Of a stretch of 56,729 nucleotides of DNA, positions 20,425 to 29,551 are shown piece by piece (the stretch's first letter is position 1; each line of letters starts with the position of its first letter). The DNA lies in contig JAFQFI010000016.1 of NCBI GenBank assembly GCA_017398655.1, positions 1 to 56,729 of the forward strand, given 5' to 3'. The notes below the pieces were generated by a model that made no database searches, was not told the DNA's origin, and was given only the letters and a program-made list of their open reading frames with translations. This stretch comes from Clostridia bacterium. GTDB lineage: Bacteria > Bacillota > Clostridia > Christensenellales > UBA1242. The position numbers and the translations under genes were made by a program.

Positions 20425-20979
20425 TTAATTAAAATCTTTTAGTGTTTGTTTTAATAAAGTCATTAAACCCCTGTGTGTTTTTCCGTCATATGTTTTTATT
20501 ACATACTCAACAAGTTTTTTCTTTCTTGTTTTTTCAACAATATCTTTGCTATTTGACAATTTATTTAAACTTGCAATATATTCAGCCAACTTTATTTTGT
20601 TTAAATATGCAAAATCATCGTTTGCAAATGTATTTTTTAAATAATCTGGATTTTCTCTATCTAATAAAAGTTTGACACCTTCATAAGTATATTTGTCATA
20701 TTTTTTTTCTAACGAAAAAATATCATATCCAGTTTTCTTTACCAATAAATATAAAACGGCTGTATTTAAAACCATGTCCTCATAAGCGTTTCCGTCGTGG
20801 ACAAGGTGGTAAAGTACAGCCTTAATATCATCAACTATGTGTGATGCTAATTTTTTATTAAAATTATCTTTTATATGATTTTTTGCAAAATAGTAAGTTT
20901 CTTTCCAATTTCCTGTAAAAGGCATAGAAAGCCAACTATCGTCGTATGACACTGCGTTGGATAGAGCTTTTTCTTCCAT
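20425..20979 (-). CDS. Degenerate RelA/SpoT-type HD (Mesh1/SAH-like) pseudo-hydrolase
   Basis: Spacing matches the SpoT HD domain: YYFAKNH, TAVLYLLVKKTGY (AALLHDVVEDT), EGVKLL, KIKLAEYIASL (IKLADRLHNL); catalytic HD/ED residues absent. Confidence 0.55.
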   Translation of the reverse strand: MEEKALSNAVSYDDSWLSMPFTGNWKETYYFAKNHIKDNFNKKLASHIVDDIKAVLYHLVHDGNAYEDMVLNTAVLYLLVKKTGYDIFSLEKKYDKYTYEGVKLLLDRENPDYLKNTFANDDFAYLNKIKLAEYIASLNKLSNSKDIVEKTRKKKLVEYVIKTYDGKTHRGLMTLLKQTLKDFN

Positions 20980-21004
20980 AATATCCCTCTTTTAATTCAC
21001 TTTG

Positions 21005-21033
21005 ATTATATATCCTTTTAAAAAACAAGTCAA
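21005..21033 (-). promoter_or_regulatory. sigma-A promoter of the pseudo-HD / synthetase / DHH operon
   Basis: TTGACT-17 nt-TATAAT on minus strand. Confidence 0.7.
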
Positions 21034-21243
21034 TATGGCAAGTTGCCGAATAAATTTAAAACTAATTTTAAAAGGAAATTAATTATATAATAAACTTTAA
21101 ACTAAAACAAGAAAATTAAAGAAGGATGAGTATAAAAAAAGATTTTAAAAACAATAAAAATAATTGTAAAATACAACTATTTTGTTGATATAAATATTTT
21201 GTAGTGATAAACTAATAAAGCAATCTTATTTTTAGGTGATAAA

Positions 21244-22020
21244 ATGAAGAATAAAAGTACAGAAGAAAAAATTGTAAAAAAAGAACGCAAACTATGGTTT
21301 AGATGTTTAAAAAACATAATGAAAATGAGATATAAAAAACCACAGTTTATTTTTTTGGGCGAAGAGTTTAAAACAGGTGGAATTATATTAAGTAATCACG
21401 AAGGTACAGATGCTCCAATGTCACTTGAGATTTGGAATAATGCTCCTATTAGAATGTGGGGTGCACATGAAATGAACTCTGGTTTAATTAAAATGTATAA
21501 ATATCAATCAAGAGTTTATTATCACGAAAAAAAGCATTGGAATTTACATTTGGCACGCCTATTTTGTTTAATTGCAAGTCCTCTCACAAATATGTTTTAT
21601 AAAGGGCTTAATTTAATTTCTACTTATCGTGATACTCGTCTTATGAGAACTATAAAAGAAAGTATTAAGGCAATAGAAGAAGGTCAAAATATTGTTATAT
21701 ATCCAGAAAATTCTGAAGATGGATATCTTGCAGAGTTAAAAGGTTTTCATGCAGGTTTTGTTTTGCTTGCAGATACTTGTTTGAAAAAGGGAATAGATGT
21801 TCCAGTTTATGTTACATATTATAAGAAAAAAGAAAATCAGTATGTAATTGATGCTCCTGTTAACTATTCTGAAATTGTTAAAAAGTATAAAACTAAGGAA
21901 GAAATTACAAAAGCTTTATGTCAAAGATGCAATGAACTTGGAAAAATGCAATTTGAAAAAGAAATAAAAACTAAAAAAGAAAAAGCAAAAGAAGAACCTA
22001 AAAAAGAAATTACTAAGTAA
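21244..22020 (+). CDS. PlsC-family phospholipid/glycerol acyltransferase
   Basis: LSNHEGTD (NHxxxxD-like) and IVIYPEN motifs. Confidence 0.75.
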   Translation: MKNKSTEEKIVKKERKLWFRCLKNIMKMRYKKPQFIFLGEEFKTGGIILSNHEGTDAPMSLEIWNNAPIRMWGAHEMNSGLIKMYKYQSRVYYHEKKHWNLHLARLFCLIASPLTNMFYKGLNLISTYRDTRLMRTIKESIKAIEEGQNIVIYPENSEDGYLAELKGFHAGFVLLADTCLKKGIDVPVYVTYYKKKENQYVIDAPVNYSEIVKKYKTKEEITKALCQRCNELGKMQFEKEIKTKKEKAKEEPKKEITK

Positions 22021-22104
22021 TAAAATATAAAAAATTAAAGCCGTTAGATTGTTTCTAATGGCTTGTTTTTTATGATATAATTTTTACAAAAAGAGGAGTA
22101 TGTT

Positions 22105-22626
22105 TTGATATATATTGTAAGGCACGGAGAAACACAATGGAATACATTGGGTAAAATACAGGGTAGGCAAGATATAGAATTAAATGAAAACGGAAAAAAT
22201 CAAGCCCTATTGTTAAAAGAAAGATTTAAAGATGTTAAATTTGATAAAGTTTTTTCAAGCCCATTAAAAAGGGCTTTGCAAACAGCGCAAATAATTACAA
22301 AAAACAAAATTATTGTTGATGAAAGATTAATAGAAAGAGATAATGGATTATTAGAGGGTAAGATAAAAAAGGAAATAAAAATATTACCAAATTTTAATGA
22401 TGACAACGATACAAAATATGGGGTAGAAAGTTTAAAAAGCATAAAGTTTAGATTAGATTCTTTTTATACCGAAATACTACAAAAGTATCCAAAGAAAAAT
22501 ATTTTGGTTGTAACGCATGCAGGAGTAGGAATTTACACAAAGTGTTATTTTGTGGGAGAACCAAAAGATGGCGATTATACAAATTATAAACTAAAAAACG
22601 GAGAAGTTTGGATTTTTGAAAATTAA
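22105..22626 (+). CDS. Histidine phosphatase (phosphoglycerate mutase) family protein
   Basis: RHGET, SSPLKRALQTA, VTHAG; TTG start with GAGGAG RBS. Confidence 0.9.
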   Translation: MIYIVRHGETQWNTLGKIQGRQDIELNENGKNQALLLKERFKDVKFDKVFSSPLKRALQTAQIITKNKIIVDERLIERDNGLLEGKIKKEIKILPNFNDDNDTKYGVESLKSIKFRLDSFYTEILQKYPKKNILVVTHAGVGIYTKCYFVGEPKDGDYTNYKLKNGEVWIFEN

Positions 22627-22656
22627 AAAAATACGAGAAAAACTCTCGTATTTTTT
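22626..22656. terminator. Bidirectional terminator
   Basis: AAAAAATACGAGA / TCTCGTATTTTTT. Confidence 0.75.
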
Positions 22657-24319
22657 ATTCTTCTGGTAATAAAACACTTAAATCTTCTTCAGGTGTTTTT
22701 ATTTTGTTTATCATTCTTGTGGTTTCGTTAAAACTTGCATTATCTTCCATAAAAACATCTAATGCTGCTTCGTTATGAGGCAATCCACACCAGTTATCAA
22801 AAAAAGCTTCTAACTGTTCGTTTGTTACTTGTTGTTCTAAATTAAAGTTTACTGCAATATCAAAATGACCTGCATTCTTTGAGGTTATATTTACAACTTT
22901 ATCAAACAAATTATATCCGTGTATGTGTGTATTTGTTTCAAGCATTTCTCCACTTGTTTGTCTATGTACTGAAGCTTTGCCATGAAAGTAAGGTTTAACT
23001 TTATCTATTCTACAAATTTGTGAAGCAAGCGATATTCCCGGCCCAGATATAGCGTATAAAGCAATCTCTGCTGTGTTTTTATCTTCATTTGATGTAAGTG
23101 ATTTTACAAAAAGAGGGAAAGAACATTCTTTTAAATCACTTTCTTGTTGTATTAATTGTGTTGTATAAAGAGTTAATTCTTTAACTTGACCCTCTTCGCT
23201 TGGAAGTGAAATTTTTGTAATTGGATATTTTTTTTCTTTTAACAAACTTTGCACATAATCTTCGTTATATGCAAGTATTGATTGATTTTCTCTGTTAAGT
23301 TCTGGCAATTGTCTAACAACCCTTGTTGCGTTTGTTGAAGAAAAAGGAAATTTAGGGTAATTAGGGTTTTGACAAATAAATTGAGTTCCGTTAAAGAAAA
23401 TGTCGTTAGAAAGTAACCCGGTTTGCATACAAACAATTAAGTTGTTTATGTTTTGTAACAAACTTAAATCTTGGTCAAATTTTGAAGTGTCTATTTTTTT
23501 ATCTACTAATATTGTAAGCAAAGAATCGGGCTCTTTTAAAAGGTTTTGGTTTCGCATAAACATAAAAGTAGAATCTTCCAAACTTACATTTTGATAATAA
23601 GATAAAATTCCTCTTAAATATTCAATACTGATATCAAGCCCGGGATTTTTTATTGCTATTTTTTTTACTTCAAGTTCTTTTATTGCATTTGTATAATGTT
23701 GTGTTTTATCGTCAATATTTTGTTTTAAGGTGCTTATAAAACTTTTTACCTTAGATAAACTACAAGTAGATAGTTCTTGATGTGCAACACTAAACATAAA
23801 ACCATAAGTTTGGTCATTTATATTTGCAGGGTCTGCAAATTGAGATAAAAGTTTGCTTCTGCAAGATTCTAAATAAGCAGATTCTTCAGGTGAAAAACTT
23901 TCCGTATCTTCTGTTGCAGATTCTGCAACTTTTGAAACTTTTGATTTTACTCTATCTCCAATATGCAAACTTAAACCAATAAATAAATCTAATTCTGTTT
24001 CAAATCCGTTTTCTTTACCATAGTTGTTATAAAAATTAGAAACTGCATTGGTTAATATTTTACCTTGTGCTTTTTTAGAAGCATAAGTTGATGTATATCT
24101 AAGTGATGGACTTGTTAAAAATTCAAAAAGAGAGCGTAAATCATCTTCAACAACTGTGCCTTTTTCTTTTAACAAAGCCCTTGTTAAATTTCTTCTTGTA
24201 TCGTTATTCATACTTGAAGAATAAAGTTGTTGAGGTGAATTGCTTTTTGATTGAGTTGTTAAAGATTTTAATCCATTAATAATGTTTTTTATTAAAGGAT
24301 TTTTCAAAAAATTATCCAT
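22655..24319 (-). CDS. Orphan protein with C-terminal DUF6978-like His-rich domain
   Basis: QSLLKEKKYPITKISLPS...ICRID...H...GE....THIHGY...FFDNWCGL pattern; long helical N-terminus unrecognised. Confidence 0.5.
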   Translation of the reverse strand: MDNFLKNPLIKNIINGLKSLTTQSKSNSPQQLYSSSMNNDTRRNLTRALLKEKGTVVEDDLRSLFEFLTSPSLRYTSTYASKKAQGKILTNAVSNFYNNYGKENGFETELDLFIGLSLHIGDRVKSKVSKVAESATEDTESFSPEESAYLESCRSKLLSQFADPANINDQTYGFMFSVAHQELSTCSLSKVKSFISTLKQNIDDKTQHYTNAIKELEVKKIAIKNPGLDISIEYLRGILSYYQNVSLEDSTFMFMRNQNLLKEPDSLLTILVDKKIDTSKFDQDLSLLQNINNLIVCMQTGLLSNDIFFNGTQFICQNPNYPKFPFSSTNATRVVRQLPELNRENQSILAYNEDYVQSLLKEKKYPITKISLPSEEGQVKELTLYTTQLIQQESDLKECSFPLFVKSLTSNEDKNTAEIALYAISGPGISLASQICRIDKVKPYFHGKASVHRQTSGEMLETNTHIHGYNLFDKVVNITSKNAGHFDIAVNFNLEQQVTNEQLEAFFDNWCGLPHNEAALDVFMEDNASFNETTRMINKIKTPEEDLSVLLPEE

Positions 24320-24446
24320 ACTTAATTATACTATAAAATTAAAAACAAAGTCAAATTTTGCTTGTTTTATTGGGCAAAGTGCAAAAAAGAAAAACCCTAA
24401 CAAAAGTTAGGATTTTTTGTTCAATTTTATTATTAATTTTTTTATT

Positions 24447-25691
24447 TTATTCATATAATGGATATTTTTTGCAAAGAGCATTAACTCTTGTAATAACTTC
24501 ATTTTTATTGTTTTCAAAATCTTTTAGGGCAAGAGAAATAAGTTTTCCAACTTCTTTCATATCTTCTTCTTTAAAGCCCCTTGTTGTAACGGCAGCAGTT
24601 CCAACCCTAATACCACTTGTAACAAATGGTTTTTGTGTGTCAAAAGGTATTGCATTTTTGTTAACAGTAATGCCAACTTCATCTAATAAATGCTCTGCTT
24701 CTTTACCAGTATCAACTTTCATACCTGTAAGATTAAGGCACATTAAATGATTGTCTGTACCGTTTGAAACAAGTTTAAAACCTTCTTGTAAAAGTGTATC
24801 AGCAAGAGCTTTAGCGTTTTTAACAATTTGGTTTGCATATTCTGTAAACTCTGGTTTTAATGCTTCGCCAAAACAAACAGCTTTTGCTGCAATTGTATGC
24901 ATTAAAGGTCCACCTTGAATGCCCGGGAAAATTGCTTTATTTATTTTTTTAATAATTTCTTCGTCATTTGTTAAAATTAAACCACCTCTTGGTCCACGAA
25001 GAGTTTTGTGTGTTGTTGTAGTTACTACATCTGCATATGGTACTGGGCTTGGGTGAGCTCCACCACAAACAAGACCTGCAATGTGTGCCATATCAACCAT
25101 CAAATAAGCCCCAACTTCTTTTGCAATTTCACCAAACTTTTTAAAATCTATAATTCTTGGATAAGCAGATGCTCCGGCAAGAATAAGTTTTGGTTTATGT
25201 TCAAGAGCCAAGCGTCTTACTTCTTCATAATCAATAGTATTATCAGTTTCTGTTACGCCATAAGGAACAATGTTCCAATATTTACCAGACATATTAACAG
25301 GTGAGCCGTGGCTTAAATGTCCACCGTGAGCCAAGTTCATAGATAAAACTGTGTCGCCCGGCTCAAGCAATGCAAAGAAAACAGCCATATTTGCTTGTGC
25401 GCCAGAGTGTGGTTGAACATTTGCATATTGAGCGCCAAACAATTTTTTTGCTCTTTCAATGGCAAGTGTTTCTACAGTGTCAACATGTTCGCAACCACCA
25501 TAATATCTTTTAGAAGGGTACCCCTCTGCGTATTTATTTGTTAAAATTGTTCCGTTTGCTTCCATTACGGTTTCCGAAACAAAATTTTCCGATGCAATTA
25601 ATTCAATTTTGTTTTTTTGACGAGCTTCTTCTGCAACTATTGCATTATAAAGTTCTTCGTCATTTTTTTGTAATAGTTCGTAAGTTTTCAT
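24447..25691 (-). CDS. glyA: Serine hydroxymethyltransferase
   Basis: [44 protein letters not shown]. Confidence 0.98.
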   Translation of the reverse strand: MKTYELLQKNDEELYNAIVAEEARQKNKIELIASENFVSETVMEANGTILTNKYAEGYPSKRYYGGCEHVDTVETLAIERAKKLFGAQYANVQPHSGAQANMAVFFALLEPGDTVLSMNLAHGGHLSHGSPVNMSGKYWNIVPYGVTETDNTIDYEEVRRLALEHKPKLILAGASAYPRIIDFKKFGEIAKEVGAYLMVDMAHIAGLVCGGAHPSPVPYADVVTTTTHKTLRGPRGGLILTNDEEIIKKINKAIFPGIQGGPLMHTIAAKAVCFGEALKPEFTEYANQIVKNAKALADTLLQEGFKLVSNGTDNHLMCLNLTGMKVDTGKEAEHLLDEVGITVNKNAIPFDTQKPFVTSGIRVGTAAVTTRGFKEEDMKEVGKLISLALKDFENNKNEVITRVNALCKKYPLYE

Positions 25692-25835
25692 AAATCTCCT
25701 CCATAAAATTGAACAAAGTTATTTTACCATTTTTATTTATGATAAAACAAATAAAAAATATAAAAAAATAAAAAAAGAACAACCTTTAATTATGGTTGTT
25801 CGCTTAAAAACCTTTTATTTATTTCTAAGTTAAAC

Positions 25836-26486
25836 TTATTTTTTGTTAATCACTTCATCATAAATGCCAGAAATATATGATAAGCAAATATCTTTGTTAT
25901 CTAAAAGTTGCCAAACTTCGTTTTGCGCTTTTGTTGTTTGGGGTAAGTTTAACCAATATTTTACATAACCATTTCTGCCAAACTTCTCGTTTACAAAATT
26001 ATAAACTCGTTCAATATGCTCTTGTTTGGTTGAGTTTTTTTCGTGTTTTAAACCATATTTTATTGGTCTTGAAAAAACAAGGTAAACACTATTGTTTCTA
26101 TCTGCATCGGCAACAATTTTTCCATAAATGTTTCGGGGTTCGTAGGTAAGATGAGAAGAGTGGTCTTCAACTGCTTGTGCAATTGTTTCGATTGTATCTT
26201 CATTAAAAAAAGTTTTTAATTTTTTATCTTTTCTAACATATTCGCCAGAACTTTTTGCGTGATTTTCTCTTCCAAAAATTAAACCAACATCATGATAAGC
26301 ACCAACCACAAATGCAATCTCTAAATTAATATTAAAACCCTGTTTTATAAGTTCTTTAGAATATTCTAAACAATTATTGGTTACAAATTTGTAGTGAGAT
26401 AAATTGTGTGCTTTATCAAATGCTTTGTATAAAGGTTTTATTTCTTTATTAATAAACAACTTTAAATCTTTTCGCATAAAACTCAT
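25836..26486 (-). CDS. HD-domain metal-dependent phosphohydrolase
   Basis: DKAHNLSH, AYHDVG, ENHA, EDHS, GKIVADAD; start re-assigned to ATG 26486 (or 26477). Confidence 0.85.
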   Translation of the reverse strand: MSFMRKDLKLFINKEIKPLYKAFDKAHNLSHYKFVTNNCLEYSKELIKQGFNINLEIAFVVGAYHDVGLIFGRENHAKSSGEYVRKDKKLKTFFNEDTIETIAQAVEDHSSHLTYEPRNIYGKIVADADRNNSVYLVFSRPIKYGLKHEKNSTKQEHIERVYNFVNEKFGRNGYVKYWLNLPQTTKAQNEVWQLLDNKDICLSYISGIYDEVINKK

Positions 26487-26607
26487 ATAAAATAAATTTA
26501 TCACAATAAAAAACAATTGTTAAATAAAAATTGTACTGTTAAAGTTGATTATTTTGTTTGTTAAATTGTAAACAAATTTTGTATATTATTTAAAAGGGGA
26601 TAAAAAA

Positions 26608-27204
26608 ATGAAAGCACTTTATAATATTCCATACGGACTATATGTTTTAACTGCAAAGGGAGAAAAGTTAAACGGTTGCGTTATAAACACATTACAACAA
26701 GTTACATCAAATCCAGAAAGAATTTCAATTACAGTAAATAAAGATAATTACACAACATCTTTAATTGAAAAATCAGGAGAATTTAATATTTCTATCTTAG
26801 ATATAAACACTAATTTTGAAACAATAAAAAACTTTGGTTTTTCAAGTGGAAGAGATGTTGATAAATTTGAAAAATTTAAAGATTTTAAATTATCAAAAAA
26901 TGGATTGCCATATATAACAAAAAATACAAACTCATATCTATCTGCAAAAGTTGTATCAAAAACTGATGTAGGTACACATATTACTTTTGTTGCAGATGTT
27001 ACAGAAGATGTTGTTTTGTCTGAGGTAGAATCTATTACATATTCATACTACTTAAAAAATGTAAAACCAAAACCAGAAGCAAAAAACAAAAACAAATATG
27101 TATGCACTGTTTGTGGATATGTTTATGAAGGCGAAACTTTGCCAAAAGATTTTATTTGCCCAATTTGTAAACACGGCGCAGAAGTTTTTGTGTTACAAAA
27201 ATAA
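26608..27204 (+). CDS. Flavin reductase-like domain with C-terminal rubredoxin
   Basis: YGLYVLT, NGCVINT, FGFSSGRDVDKF, GTH; CTVCGYVYEG...CPICK. Confidence 0.9.
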   Translation: MKALYNIPYGLYVLTAKGEKLNGCVINTLQQVTSNPERISITVNKDNYTTSLIEKSGEFNISILDINTNFETIKNFGFSSGRDVDKFEKFKDFKLSKNGLPYITKNTNSYLSAKVVSKTDVGTHITFVADVTEDVVLSEVESITYSYYLKNVKPKPEAKNKNKYVCTVCGYVYEGETLPKDFICPICKHGAEVFVLQK

Positions 27205-27291
27205 TTTAGATACTTTATGCTGAAAGAGAGAGAAGATAATCTTAAGGTTTTAACGAAACTTAAGACGGATATAAAAGTAAAAGGATAAAAT

Positions 27292-28227
27292 ATGGAAAGG
27301 ATAGAATTGAATTGTACCAAATGTGGCGGAAAATTAAATAAAATTGAAAAACAAAAAGACACTTATATTTGTTTACATTGTGGAAATAAAGAAATTATAA
27401 AAGAAGAGACAACTTCAAATAATTATTATGTCAGCCAAAACATAACAAAAAATATATATGGAACTGAAAAACTATCTGAAGAAGATTATTATAAACTTAT
27501 CACCAATGCAGAAAAATTTATTAAAATTAAGGATTATAAAAAAGCGATAAGTTTGGCAGAGCAAGCAAAAAAGATTGACGAAGGCAATTATTTGGCTTGG
27601 TGGATTTCAACCAAAGCAAAACTTTTATATGATATAGAAAAAAAGGAAACAGATAAAAGGACTATTTATTTTTCAATAAAGAGCATTGAAGATGATTATA
27701 AAAAGGCATATTCTTTTGCTGAAGATAATGTTAAAAATGAAATTGAAGAAGAGTACAAAGATCTTTATAAAAGATTTAGTGTTTTATTTGAAAATGCAAC
27801 TACATATGTTGAAGCAAACTTTGAAGAAAAAGACATTAATAATAAAATTAAAGCCATGACAATTTCAGGATATATAGTTTTAGCAATTGCTGTTTTTTGT
27901 GGAATATTTATGCTTGCAAAACAAATTGACGACTTGCTCGCTGTTATGGTTATATTCTTTTTCGTTGGGATTATTTTATTATTTTCAACACGAACTACTA
28001 AGGATAGTAAAAAAATTATAGAGTTTATCAAAAAAAATGAAAAAGTAAGTTTTGATGAATTATTAAGTTTTTGTGAAAAATCTCTAAAATCATTTAATAG
28101 AGTTTCTATGATTGAGAAAAAAGTTCTTATTGAAGCTTTAAATAAGAGAATTTCTGATATGATTAGAGAAGGGTTTTTAACAGGTTACAAAATTGAAAAT
28201 TATTTTATTATAAAAGTAGAAAAATAA
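27292..28227 (+). CDS. Zinc-ribbon / TPR-like / 2-TM membrane protein
   Basis: CTKCGG...CLHCG; TPR-like AEKFIKIKDYKKAISLAEQAKKID; two TM segments; C-terminal helical domain. Confidence 0.7.
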   Translation: MERIELNCTKCGGKLNKIEKQKDTYICLHCGNKEIIKEETTSNNYYVSQNITKNIYGTEKLSEEDYYKLITNAEKFIKIKDYKKAISLAEQAKKIDEGNYLAWWISTKAKLLYDIEKKETDKRTIYFSIKSIEDDYKKAYSFAEDNVKNEIEEEYKDLYKRFSVLFENATTYVEANFEEKDINNKIKAMTISGYIVLAIAVFCGIFMLAKQIDDLLAVMVIFFFVGIILLFSTRTTKDSKKIIEFIKKNEKVSFDELLSFCEKSLKSFNRVSMIEKKVLIEALNKRISDMIREGFLTGYKIENYFIIKVEK

Positions 28228-28247
28228 TTTAAAATAAATTAAATAAG

Positions 28248-28284
28248 AAAAGCAAATCATACAAACTTATGATTTGCTTTTTTT
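28248..28284. terminator. Bidirectional terminator at the tRNA-Ser 3' end
   Basis: AAAAGCAAATCATA / TATGATTTGCTTTT. Confidence 0.8.
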
Positions 28285-28285
28285 C

Positions 28286-28373
28286 TGGCGGAGAGGACAA
28301 GATTCGAACTTGCGGTGGGTTGCCCCACACGCGCTTTCCAAGCGCGCACTTTAGACCACTCGGACACCTCTCC
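28286..28373 (-). tRNA. tRNA-Ser(GGA)
   Basis: GGAGAGG acceptor, CGCGC-TTGGAAA-GCGCG anticodon arm, long variable arm, GCCA end. Confidence 0.95.
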
Positions 28374-28622
28374 ATACTATAAAAATTACTACACTTTTAT
28401 TTCTTTTAAACTTAAGTAGAATAAAGTGCAGATAGTAAAAAATAATTTACTAAGCGTTATTATAAACAATAAAAGAATTTTTGGCAACAATTAATTTGTT
28501 TGTCTGTTTATATTTATTAAAAGTTGTTATAACAAAAACTTATTATAAAAAATTTGATAAAAATTTTTGTAAGTGTTAATCTTTTATCAATAAGTTTTTA
28601 TTTTAAAAAGGGAAGTAAAAAA

Positions 28623-28946
28623 ATGGAAGAATTAGGTTTTAATGATTATCAAGTTTTGGCAAGCAAAACAAGAAAAGAATTTGATGAAATTAAAGATATG
28701 CAAGCTGATGTTGGCTTGGGTTTGGCAGGAGAAGCAGGTGAAGTTGCAGATATTATAAAAAAACATTTAGCCGGAGCAAAGTTAATTGACTTTGAACATT
28801 TAAAAGAAGAGTTGGGTGATGTTTTATGGTACATTGCTGAAGCTTGCGATTGTTTTGGTTTTTCTATGCAAGAAGTTGCTCAAAAAAACATAGAAAAACT
28901 TAAAAAAAGACACCCAAATGGTTTTGGTGGTTATGGTATAAGATAA
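28623..28946 (+). CDS. MazG-like nucleotide pyrophosphohydrolase
   Basis: LGLAGEAGEVADIIKK...EELGDVLWY...NIEKLKKRHP; start moved to ATG 28623 after AAGGGA. Confidence 0.9.
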   Translation: MEELGFNDYQVLASKTRKEFDEIKDMQADVGLGLAGEAGEVADIIKKHLAGAKLIDFEHLKEELGDVLWYIAEACDCFGFSMQEVAQKNIEKLKKRHPNGFGGYGIR

Positions 28947-28998
28947 TCCCGAAATTTGGCTTATAAACAAAAAGCATAACAATCAAAGGAGAAATTAG

Positions 28999-29499
28999 AT
29001 GAAAGTAATTTCAAAACAAACAAATAGCAAAATGTGTCTTATTTGTGGATTAGAAAACAATTTAGGTCTCAAAGCAGATTTTTATAATATGGAAGATAAT
29101 TCTGTTGGGGTAATTTTTACTTTTAAAGATGTTCACCAAAGTTATCCGGGTAGGGTTCACGGTGGTATGATTTCTGCTTTATTAGATGAACTTGCTGGCA
29201 GGGTAATATGGGTGACAGATCCAGAACTTTTTGGAGTAACAGCAACTATGACTGTTAAGTTTAGAAAGCCAGTACCATATAATCAAAAATTGTTTGGTCA
29301 AGGTGAGATGGTAAAGAGAAGTGGCAGATTGTTTACAGCAAAAGCAAAAGTAATGGACGAAAATAAAAATACTCTTGCAGAACTTGAAGGAACATATATG
29401 ATTTTGCCAACAGAAAAAATTACTGGTGGGGAAGATTTTTCAAAGGAAGAAGATGTTAATTTTGTTGTACCAGATAATATAACAGAAATTGATTTGTAA
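28999..29499 (+). CDS. PaaI/hotdog-fold thioesterase
   Basis: CLICGLENNLGL, HQSYPGRVHGGMISALLDE, FRKPVP. Confidence 0.9.
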   Translation: MKVISKQTNSKMCLICGLENNLGLKADFYNMEDNSVGVIFTFKDVHQSYPGRVHGGMISALLDELAGRVIWVTDPELFGVTATMTVKFRKPVPYNQKLFGQGEMVKRSGRLFTAKAKVMDENKNTLAELEGTYMILPTEKITGGEDFSKEEDVNFVVPDNITEIDL

Positions 29500-29551
29500 A
29501 AAGTTATAAAAAAAAGAGCAGTTTTTTTAAATTGCTCTTTTTTATTTTTTA

